DNA from: a metagenome
DNA length: 32,000 nt
Reading direction: 5' to 3' (one strand)
Sequence record: Ga0181588_10000598
Program-made: the position numbers and the translations under genes
Shown here: one piece after another, positions 8,096 to 15,624 of the stretch
How positions within the stretch are numbered: the first letter of the stretch is position 1
Layout of the letters: every line of letters starts with the position of its first letter
The notes under the pieces: generated by a model
Told to the model about the DNA's origin: nothing
What the model saw: only the letters and a program-made list of their open reading frames with translations
Database searches by the model: none

Positions 8096-9445
8096 ATGAG
8101 TGAAAGAATGAATGGATTTCAACCAACGAACACGAACACGGATCGACTGACGCACGCGACACTACCGTTCGACCGACGCAGGCGGGATAAACTCGAGCAA
8201 CACTCGTTGTGGCTCGAAAGGGAAAGCTCTGTAGACGACGTCGTCGGGAGTGGTGAGCGAACGCCGACGACGCCTTCGGGGAGTTCCATCGCGCGTTCGA
8301 GCTCGGTTTCGGTTTCAACGCGGCACCCGACGAGCGCGGCGCGACCGACGCGCGCATCGTTGGCGAGGGAAAAACTCGTAGAGGAGACGACGCGCGCGTC
8401 TGGGGCGTCGAGAGCGGCGGCGACGCCGTTAGTGTTGAGCGGGGAGGCGTTGCGTCGGGCGACGGAGCGGTTGCACGCCGGGGCTGGTTCGAGGAGTCCG
8501 AGGAGGAGCGCATACGTAGACGAGGAGTGCACATTCACGCCGAAGATTGGTGCGTTGAGTCGACGCATGGCGGCGGAACAGCGTCGACGGGGGGAGAGCG
8601 CGCGCGCCACCGCTACCAAGAAGACGCCGACGCTGACGCCGACGCCAAAGGAACCAGTCGATTTGGGCACCAGAAGCGCCGAGGCGCAAAAACAAAACGC
8701 CGCCGAAACGCCGCCATCGATGCCGAAACGGGTCGTCGCCGAGAAGAAGAAGAAGGAAAACCGGCAGACGAAGGATGATGACGAGGATGCGAAGGAGTGC
8801 ACGTTTACGCCACGCATCGGTAGACGATCGAGGGCGCTCTCAGAGGCGCTCTTGAAGAAGGCTTCGATGCCTACGTCGTTTGTCGAGCGTTCAAAGATTT
8901 GGGCAGACCGAAAGGAACACATCTTGGAGGCGGAGCGCGAGGCAAAGCTCGAGGATGAGGTGCGCGACTGCACGTTTCACCCCCAGCAGGTTACGGCGGC
9001 GGCGACTCGAGTCGCCGAAGACGAGCCGAACTCGGTGGCGACTCCGCCGTCGGTGGAAATTTCTGGATTGGACGCCTACCTCGCCCGCCAGGAGCGCGCG
9101 CGACGCCTACGAGAAGAAAAGAATGCAATTCTAAACCGTTTCGACGGCGCGTCGTGGACGCCCGAACCCACGGTTCCGAAAGAGTTTGAATTTCACTCGG
9201 TCGGCGCCTCGAAGAAGACTTGTTCGTCGTCAAAGTCGCCCGAATCTTTGTCGCCCGCGCCCGGACAAGGCGTCTCCGCGTGGCGGTCTCCAGCCTACGT
9301 GGAGGCTCGAGCTAAGCTTCGATTACTACACGGATCGACAACTTCACGGGCGGCGCGCCGAGCGGCTGCTTCCGCCGCCGGCGCGGCTGCTTCCGCCGCT
9401 CGCCCGGCTGGCGTCGAAGGCGCGTCGGCGCAACCGTCGGCGTAG
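8096..9445 (+). CDS. Hypothetical protein with three C-T-F-x-P motifs
   Basis: ORF 7904..9445 starts on TTG in the track; the first in-frame ATG is at 8096. Three motif copies occur: EECTFTPKIGALSRR, KECTFTPRIGRRSRA and RDCTFHPQQV. A charged coiled-coil-like region is present, and PKEFEFH lies near the C-terminus. Confidence 0.7.
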   Translation: MSERMNGFQPTNTNTDRLTHATLPFDRRRRDKLEQHSLWLERESSVDDVVGSGERTPTTPSGSSIARSSSVSVSTRHPTSAARPTRASLAREKLVEETTRASGASRAAATPLVLSGEALRRATERLHAGAGSRSPRRSAYVDEECTFTPKIGALSRRMAAEQRRRGESARATATKKTPTLTPTPKEPVDLGTRSAEAQKQNAAETPPSMPKRVVAEKKKKENRQTKDDDEDAKECTFTPRIGRRSRALSEALLKKASMPTSFVERSKIWADRKEHILEAEREAKLEDEVRDCTFHPQQVTAAATRVAEDEPNSVATPPSVEISGLDAYLARQERARRLREEKNAILNRFDGASWTPEPTVPKEFEFHSVGASKKTCSSSKSPESLSPAPGQGVSAWRSPAYVEARAKLRLLHGSTTSRAARRAAASAAGAAASAARPAGVEGASAQPSA

Positions 9446-9530
9446 AGCGGCTCCGAACGTCCCCGACGTCGTGCAGCGATACGTAGGCATCGATGCGGTA
9501 CCGCACCGTCGCGAGATTAAAACAAGTATT

Positions 9531-9535
9531 TGTAA
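9531..9535 (+). promoter_or_regulatory. TGTAA candidate polyadenylation signal
   Basis: TGTAA lies 86 nt after the TAG stop at 9443-9445. Confidence 0.4.
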
Positions 9536-9780
9536 CACCAGAGACGGATGTATGTGTGATGCACGCATACGCAGCGTGGATGACGAAACATTGGACCGAC
9601 ACAAAAATTTATATCGCCGATTCAGAGAGTCCCTATACGAAGGACGAGTCATGAACCGTCTAGAAATTACTAAACCCGCCGTTATTATATACCAGGGGGA
9701 TGCCGCCGTTAATATAGAATGGCTCTGCCTAAACCCTAAAAAGTTTATCACGACTAGATGGAAAATACGTTGATAGGCTT

Positions 9781-9786
9781 AAAAAA
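9781..9786 (-). terminator. RNA polymerase III terminator (T6 on the minus strand)
   Basis: AAAAAA on the plus strand reads as TTTTTT on the minus strand, 11 nt downstream of the tRNA 3' end. Confidence 0.6.
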
Positions 9787-9796
9787 GTTAATATAT

Positions 9797-9910
9797 GGGG
9801 GATGCCGCGAATCGAACGCGGGGCCTCTCCCATGTTCATTCTAGCGCTCTTCAGCGCTGGGTCGTTCGACGAGACCCGAAGGGAGAATCATACCACTAGA
9901 CCACATCCCC
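9797..9910 (-). tRNA. trnP-CGG: tRNA-Pro (anticodon CGG) with a 42-nt intron at the canonical 37/38 position
   Basis: The reverse complement folds as a cloverleaf. The acceptor is GGGGATG/CATCCCC with discriminator C. The D arm is GTCT-AGTGGTA-TGAT. The anticodon stem CTCCC/GGGAG carries the loop TTCGGG..T. The T arm is CCGCG-TTCGATT-CGCGG. The 5' half is near-identical to remembered eukaryotic tRNA-Pro. The intron contains an anticodon-pairing GACCC and an AGCGCT-GAAG-AGCGCT hairpin. The mature length is 72 nt. Confidence 0.9.
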
Positions 9911-10116
9911 GTAGATTGATGGGTTTAAGCAGTGCTTAAACACGCATCTGACGTGTGGGTAGAATCGTAAAATATTTCGACCCACGAGCTAGGTGAGTGA
10001 TGCGTAAAGATTCACGGGTGTATTTTGAGTGCCCGTTGGGGACTGTAAATGTATTTTACCACATTGGTGTATGAAATGACGATTTATGAACGATGCATGA
10101 AATAAAGAGGCTGTTT

Positions 10117-10121
10117 TTACA
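10117..10121 (-). promoter_or_regulatory. TGTAA candidate polyadenylation signal (minus strand)
   Basis: ttaca on the plus strand reads as TGTAA on the minus strand, about 60 nt downstream of the KRI1 stop (10184..10182). Confidence 0.45.
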
Positions 10122-10181
10122 AGGCTTTGTCTCTCGAGAGGGACTCTCTGTGGTTTAGGGAATTCGGGAAACGCCCCATCA

Positions 10182-12503
10182 TCACGCGGCTTCAGCGTGC
10201 TCCTCCTTGGCTTTACGCTTGGCGCGCTTTTTAGCGTTCTTTCGCGCGTTTTTACCGACGCCGCCGCCCGGTGTCGTCGTCGTCGTCGTCGAAGACGTCT
10301 TCTTCTTACCAAAGGCTGCGTCGGCGTAGGACGCGGCGCGAGTCTCAATCTCGAGCTCGTCGTCGTCGTCGTCGTCATTTTCATCGACTTTGGATGAGTC
10401 ACGCAATCTCTTCTTCTTCTTTTTGTCGCCGCCGCGCGCAGACGAAGACAGGAACTCTCTAGCCATGCGTCGCGCTCTCGCGCGCTGGTTAGCGTCGATG
10501 GTCGCGTCGTTCGCGTCGTCTCTATACGGTGCGAGCTTCTTCAGACCGACGATTTGATTGAGAGACTTGTCATCCATGGTCAAAATATCGCGCGTCGTGA
10601 GACCGAACATCTTCGGAGCAACCTCTTTGTACGCGAACCGCGTGGGGGTATCGCCGATGAAATCTTCGGCGTCCAACTTGTAATACTCATCCATCTTTGC
10701 CATGAGCTCCTTGCGCCACTTTTTCGCCGCTCTCTTGCTATATTTGTTTTCCTCGAGAGGAAATTCTTCTTGCTCTGCGGCTTCTTCTTCTTCTTCTTCT
10801 TCTTCTTCTTCTTCTTCTTCTTCTTCTTCGTCGCTCAAGTCCTCTTCTTTGTCCTCCGCGTCAGGAAAGTCGTCGCCCTCAAAGTCGTCGTCCTCCTCGC
10901 CGCCAACATCCCCTCCCTTGAGCAGCGTCGCCAATTCATCCTCCAAATCACCAAATTCAGGTTTTTGTAGTGATCCTCCATCGCCCTCCTCGTCTCCGTA
11001 GTAGTCGTCACCGTACATCTTTGCCATGACGGCGTCGTGCGCTTCTGGATCAAACTCTGTCGTCAAATCGGTGGCGCCGTGGACGACATCGTCTCGCACG
11101 CCGCCGACCGCAGAGATTTGACGCATCTTACTCTCAATCTCTTCGCGTTTGAGATTCTTCAATCGACGAACTTCCGCGAGGAGTTTAGCGCGCTCCGACT
11201 CTTTGCGCTCCTTGACCTTTTTCCGCTTATCGCGGCGCTTGGTATCCTCTCGGCGAACCAATCCCTCGATGTGTCTCGAGTGCGACTGTAAGCGGTCCGA
11301 CCCGGGCTCTTCAAATCTAAAGTTGTACTTGTGCTCGAATTCCTCGGCGCGTTCTAAGAGTGAGGATGAAGAAGAGGAGGATGAAGAAGAAGAGGAGGAC
11401 GACGAAGAGCTCCCGTCGCCGTCGCTGTCGCCGTCGTCGTCCATTTCTCTGCTTCTGTTTCTCTCCCTCTTTTTCTTCGCCGTACCCTCGTCCGTCTTCA
11501 TCCACTGTTTTTCCAAGAGATATTCGCGCAAAAACTTATCCTCAGCGCTCAGTTCCCCTCGTTCGCCTCGCGCGTCGAAATACTTGGACAACTTTTCATT
11601 CGCCGCCTTTTGATCGTCCTCACGAAAAGCCTCCATCTTTTCGGCGCGTCTCTTCACCACCAACCCACCATCTTCCTCGACTTCGTCGCCCGAGCCTCCA
11701 TTTTCGCCATCACTATCGTTACCAAACGCCGCCGCCGCGCTCTTGAACGCCTCCTTGAGCGCGGCTTGCTCCTCTACGTACGACGGACCGTCGCCCATCT
11801 TCATCGATCGCGCTTCGGCTTCGGCTTCGGCGTCCTCCAACGCCGTGGCGCCTCCTTCCAACAACTGCGTCGCCGTCACCTCGCGAAGCGTCGCCTTTTT
11901 ACGTTTCGGTTGTTCTGACTTTTTACCCGCATCATCATCATCCGCGTCGTCTTCGTCCTGAAAGAGTTTCGTTTCGGCGTCGTAAATCGACGGGTCTCGC
12001 TCGCGAATCTTCGTCAAAGCCTCTGCAAACGCCCCATCGAACGCGCGTTCCAAAACCTCCTCCTCATCGCTCTCCGTCGCGCTCGAATCATCATCCTCAT
12101 CATCTTCACCCTCACCGCCATCACCGCCTTCCGCGCCGGATGCCCCGAGCGCCGAAACCGCGTACTCGCGCTCGAGCTTCGCTTGCAGTCTGTGCATCTC
12201 CTTCCTCCGCTCGTTGTGTTCAAACCTCGCCGCGAACGCCTCGTTGATTCGAAGTTTATCCTTGCTGTTGTTTTTACCGCTCTTCGTCTTAGATTTCTTG
12301 TTTCGTTCCGACGACGACGACGACGACGACGACGAATCATCATCGCTCGAGCCGCCGCCGCCTCTGCTGGACGCACCGCGAACATCATCATCGTCGTCTT
12401 CTTCGCTCGACGACGACGACGACGACGACGTCCAGGACGACGAATCCGATCCATCCTCGTCGTCAAACATCGCCGTCTTCTTCTTCCCACCGCCTCGCGT
12501 CAT
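10182..12503 (-). CDS. KRI1: KRI1 ribosome-biogenesis protein homologue
   Basis: ORF 10182..12617 starts on GTG in the track; the first in-frame ATG is at 12503. KRI1 signatures include LRINEAFAARFEHNERRKEMHRLQ, AEEFEHKYNFRFEEPG and the C-terminal TRFAYKEVAPKMFGLTTRDILTMDDKSLNQIVGLKKLAPYRD. Long Ser, Glu and Asp runs are present. Confidence 0.9.
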   Translation of the reverse strand: MTRGGGKKKTAMFDDEDGSDSSSWTSSSSSSSSEEDDDDDVRGASSRGGGGSSDDDSSSSSSSSSERNKKSKTKSGKNNSKDKLRINEAFAARFEHNERRKEMHRLQAKLEREYAVSALGASGAEGGDGGEGEDDEDDDSSATESDEEEVLERAFDGAFAEALTKIRERDPSIYDAETKLFQDEDDADDDDAGKKSEQPKRKKATLREVTATQLLEGGATALEDAEAEAEARSMKMGDGPSYVEEQAALKEAFKSAAAAFGNDSDGENGGSGDEVEEDGGLVVKRRAEKMEAFREDDQKAANEKLSKYFDARGERGELSAEDKFLREYLLEKQWMKTDEGTAKKKRERNRSREMDDDGDSDGDGSSSSSSSSSSSSSSSSSLLERAEEFEHKYNFRFEEPGSDRLQSHSRHIEGLVRREDTKRRDKRKKVKERKESERAKLLAEVRRLKNLKREEIESKMRQISAVGGVRDDVVHGATDLTTEFDPEAHDAVMAKMYGDDYYGDEEGDGGSLQKPEFGDLEDELATLLKGGDVGGEEDDDFEGDDFPDAEDKEEDLSDEEEEEEEEEEEEEEEEAAEQEEFPLEENKYSKRAAKKWRKELMAKMDEYYKLDAEDFIGDTPTRFAYKEVAPKMFGLTTRDILTMDDKSLNQIVGLKKLAPYRDDANDATIDANQRARARRMAREFLSSSARGGDKKKKKRLRDSSKVDENDDDDDDELEIETRAASYADAAFGKKKTSSTTTTTTPGGGVGKNARKNAKKRAKRKAKEEHAEAA
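10781..10829. repeat. (CTT)16 microsatellite, encoding the poly-Glu run of KRI1
   Basis: An uninterrupted cttctt... run spans 10781-10829. On the minus strand it reads GAA x16 inside the E17 tract of KRI1. Confidence 0.9.
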
Positions 12504-12966
12504 CGATCCGTTCGGTCGACGTCGCGCTCTCGCGCTCTTCCCCAACCGCCGGGGCCCGGCTCGCCCCGGCCCGGCTCGGCTCGATCGATGACGAAGAAAC
12601 CGATCGGTACTTTTCACCGTTCACCATCGACGGTCGCACCCTGAAAACCGCGCGATGGTCCATCGATCGATCGATCGCGGGTGCCGACCACATTACTATG
12701 TGTAAACAGTGTGCATGTTATCCAAATTCGTCTGCCTGGCGCCTTGACGGGTCGAACGTTGCGTCTTCGACGACGACGGCGACAGAGACGCGCGTCGACG
12801 GACGAACGAACGAACGGAAGAAGGGAGGAACGGTGACTCTCGCGCGAGAACTCGACGCGCGCGCGGGCGGACGGACGGACGAAGCGGCGTGTCGTTCGTG
12901 TGTTCTTCGCGCGTGTTTCTTCCAGAGGAACGTTTTATTGATTTCGACTCGGTTGATCGTCGCGAC

Positions 12967-14550
12967 ATGGGGAGCTTCCGATCGGCGTTTAGCATGAAGA
13001 AGAAGAGGAAGAACGGCGGTGGCGACGATGCCGCTGCTGCCGCTCATGGAACCACCGCGTTGGCCACTTCACCAACCACGTCCGGACCGTTCGACGTCGT
13101 CGTCGTCGGCGCGGGCGTCGCCGGGGCGAGCCTGGCGTACGCGCTCGGTAAAGAAGGACGACGGGTTTTGTGCATTGAACGGGATTTGTCGCAACCGGAC
13201 CGGATTGTTGGCGAGTTGTTGCAACCTGGGGGATACCTGAAGCTGAAGGATCTCGGGTTGGAGTCGTGCGTGGAGGGCATCGACGCGCAGAAGGTGTACG
13301 GGTACACAATGTTTAAAGACGGCGAAGTGGCGACGATGACGTACCCGCTCGAAGGGCGTTCGGATGACGTGGCGGGGCGAAGTTTTCACAACGGTAGGTT
13401 TGTGCAAAAGCTTCGCGAGGCGGCGATGGCCGTCGACAAGGTTGAGGTGCGCCAAGGGACGGTGAAGAAGCTGCTCAACGCTGAGGGTAACGAGTGGAAG
13501 GAGGGCGAAGTCGTCGCGGGGGTGTCGTACACCACGGGGGATAAGTGGGACGAGAAGAGACAAAAAGTGATCGAGGGATCGAGTGAAACCAAGACGGTGT
13601 TCGCGCCGCTCACGGTGGTGTGCGATGGGCACTTTAGTAGTTTGAGATCAAAGTTGAGCCAAGCGGCTCCGGATCACCCGAGTCACTTCGTTGGCTTGAT
13701 TCTCAAGGGAAAACCGAGCGATTTGTTGCCAAACGGAAACCACGGGCACGTGGTTTTGGGAAATCCGTCTCCAATTCTCTTTTACCCCATCTCGAGCGAA
13801 GAGGTGCGCTGTTTGGTGGACATTCCGTCCTCGGTCAAGATGCCGAGTGTCGCCAAGGGTGAAATGGCCAAGTACGTGCTCGAGAAGATTGTGCCGCAAA
13901 TTCCGGAACAACTCAGGCCGCATCTCATCAAGGCGGTCAACGATGGACAATTTAGATCGATGCCTAACAAGACGATGGCGGCCAAGCCGTCGAGAACCCC
14001 CGGGGCGGTGCTCTTGGGTGACGCCTTTAACATGCGTCACCCGCTCACCGGCGGCGGTATGACGGTGGCGCTCAACGACATTCACACCTTCAAGTCGATG
14101 CTCGACCCGCTTCCGGACTTTTCAGACGGCGAAAGGACGGGCGCCAAGCTGGATGAGTTTTACCGTCACCGTACGCAACCGGCGCTGACGATTAACACAC
14201 TCGCCAATGCGCTGTACGCCGTGTTTTGCTCGAGCGGCGACACGAGCATGGAGGAGATGCGCCAAGCGTGCTTCGAGTACCTCAAGCTCGGTGGATCCTA
14301 CGCTCGAGGCCCGATCGCGTTGCTTTCCGGCCTCGATTCCAACCCGCTCAATTTAGTGAACCACTTTTTCAGCGTCGCGCTCTTTGGCATCGGGAGGCTG
14401 TTGGTGCCGCTCCCGACGCCCGAGCGCATCTTCAAGGGTGGTAACATTCTCACTGGCGCGTGCAAAATAATCTTCCCAATCGTCAAAGGTGAAGGTTTCG
14501 CGCGCATGTTCTTCCCGGCGTGGCTCAAGCGACGTCTCGGGGTCATTTAG
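12967..14550 (+). CDS. SQE: Squalene monooxygenase (squalene epoxidase)
   Basis: ORF 12889..14550 starts on GTG in the track; the first in-frame ATG is at 12967. The FAD-binding fingerprint is FDVVVVGAGVAGASLAYALGKEGRRVLCIERD. The family motifs DRIVGELLQPGG and LLGDAFNMRHPLTGGGMTVA are present. Confidence 0.93.
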   Translation: MGSFRSAFSMKKKRKNGGGDDAAAAAHGTTALATSPTTSGPFDVVVVGAGVAGASLAYALGKEGRRVLCIERDLSQPDRIVGELLQPGGYLKLKDLGLESCVEGIDAQKVYGYTMFKDGEVATMTYPLEGRSDDVAGRSFHNGRFVQKLREAAMAVDKVEVRQGTVKKLLNAEGNEWKEGEVVAGVSYTTGDKWDEKRQKVIEGSSETKTVFAPLTVVCDGHFSSLRSKLSQAAPDHPSHFVGLILKGKPSDLLPNGNHGHVVLGNPSPILFYPISSEEVRCLVDIPSSVKMPSVAKGEMAKYVLEKIVPQIPEQLRPHLIKAVNDGQFRSMPNKTMAAKPSRTPGAVLLGDAFNMRHPLTGGGMTVALNDIHTFKSMLDPLPDFSDGERTGAKLDEFYRHRTQPALTINTLANALYAVFCSSGDTSMEEMRQACFEYLKLGGSYARGPIALLSGLDSNPLNLVNHFFSVALFGIGRLLVPLPTPERIFKGGNILTGACKIIFPIVKGEGFARMFFPAWLKRRLGVI

Positions 14551-14657
14551 TTTGTTTGCGACGATTTATTTTACGGTACCACCACCACCTTCCACCATTA
14601 ATACTACAAATCTATGTTTAGCCATTTATGCATTCATTCATTCGCTTGCTTACTCAC

Positions 14658-15302
14658 TCATTCGTCGTACGGATACTCCTCAGGCACGAGCTCGACAAGT
14701 TTGACCCTGATGGCAAACTTATTCCCCATCCCGCGTAACGGATCGCCCTCAAAGCTACACGTCGTTCGCATGCGCACCGTCTCGAGCGCGCCTCGAATCG
14801 CCCCGCACAGCATGTTACAGTATGCCAACTCCCGGTACCGCGTTGGAAGCTCCACAAAATCCGCCAACGGATTATTATCCATCTCAATCACGCACTCGTC
14901 CCGTTCCTCGCTCCAATCTCTCGTTCTCGCCGTCGCGTTTAGAAACATCTTCAAACCAACCTTTGCCGTCATCTCCATCGCCGCCTCGAACGACGCACAC
15001 GCCCCGCTCGACGCGTTCGTTCGCGCCAGATACTCCTCGATGATTCTCGTTCCAATATTTCGCCCGAGTTGGTCCAGTTTCCCGTTCACCGCCTCGACGT
15101 CGTCCTCGTGATCCCGCAGGATTTGTCTCACAAAGGCTCCGTGCGTCAACGCAAACAGTTCCGAGGATACTTTTTCCATCGAGTTCCACGTCGCCGTCGC
15201 CAACACTTCCGCTTTCGTCGTCTTCGAGGAGGTGGTATTCGTCGTCGTCGTCGTCGTCGAGGTATTCATCGCCGTGGTATTCGTCGTCATCGCGTTGGAC
15301 AT
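14658..15302 (-). CDS. TRAPPC3: TRAPP complex subunit 3 (Bet3)
   Basis: The 214-aa ORF starts on ATG. The stretch SSELFALTHGAFVRQILRDHEDD...KLDQLGRNIGTRIIEEYLAR...NNPLADFVELP...YCNMLCGAIRGALE aligns well with remembered human TRAPPC3. It carries a Thr/Asn-rich N-terminal extension. Confidence 0.9.
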   Translation of the reverse strand: MSNAMTTNTTAMNTSTTTTTTNTTSSKTTKAEVLATATWNSMEKVSSELFALTHGAFVRQILRDHEDDVEAVNGKLDQLGRNIGTRIIEEYLARTNASSGACASFEAAMEMTAKVGLKMFLNATARTRDWSEERDECVIEMDNNPLADFVELPTRYRELAYCNMLCGAIRGALETVRMRTTCSFEGDPLRGMGNKFAIRVKLVELVPEEYPYDE

Positions 15303-15369
15303 CTTCTTCGCGCGCCGCGGACTCTGCCGCGTCGAACTTTCGAAATCACAGCCGATTCAAAAGCAGTCA

Positions 15370-15378
15370 AAACCCTAA
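15370..15378 (+). promoter_or_regulatory. Telo-box AAACCCTAA
   Basis: This is an exact AAACCCTAA in the divergent spacer between TRAPPC3 (ATG 15302, minus) and the LETM1-like gene (ATG 15625, plus). Confidence 0.5.
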
Positions 15379-15493
15379 CACTAAAAGTAAACATATACAA
15401 ACCACTAGATACGGTAGATAAGTAAGTTACTCGAAACATATAAGCCCAAACCACCAGAGGTCACGTATAGAACATACTTTTAAATCTATCACA

Positions 15494-15507
15494 TATAAAT
15501 AGGGTTT
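15494..15507 (+). promoter_or_regulatory. TATA-like box overlapping an inverted telo-box-like motif
   Basis: TATAAATA (15494-15501) overlaps TAGGGTTT (15500-15507). The pair lies about 125 nt upstream of the LETM1-like ATG in an AT-rich spacer. Confidence 0.4.
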
Positions 15508-15624
15508 AGAAATCCCACAAAAGATAAAAGGGGTAAATAATCAATCGCAAACCGCGTTTACTTTTTCGCGACGTCGACGACGACGCGCACCGCAATCGCG
15601 CGCGCGTAGGACGGGCTGACGGAC

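Noticed and set aside
9695-9706. A second copy of the tRNA-Pro 3' acceptor 12-mer as evidence for a permuted or split tRNA gene, as known in some Mamiellophyceae.
   Set aside because: The flanks contain no T-arm (no GTTCGAnnC) or other tRNA elements, and the adjacent tRNA is complete and colinear. It is most likely a short duplication relic.
9955-9985. Hairpin GTGGGT-19 nt-ACCCAC and a UAUUUUGAG Sm-site-like string (about 10021-10031) as a hidden snRNA or ncRNA in the 270-nt spacer next to the tRNA.
   Set aside because: The stem is only 6 bp and no conserved snRNA sequence blocks are recognisable. The region is adequately explained as the KRI1 3'UTR (TGTAA at 10121..10117) plus tRNA upstream DNA.
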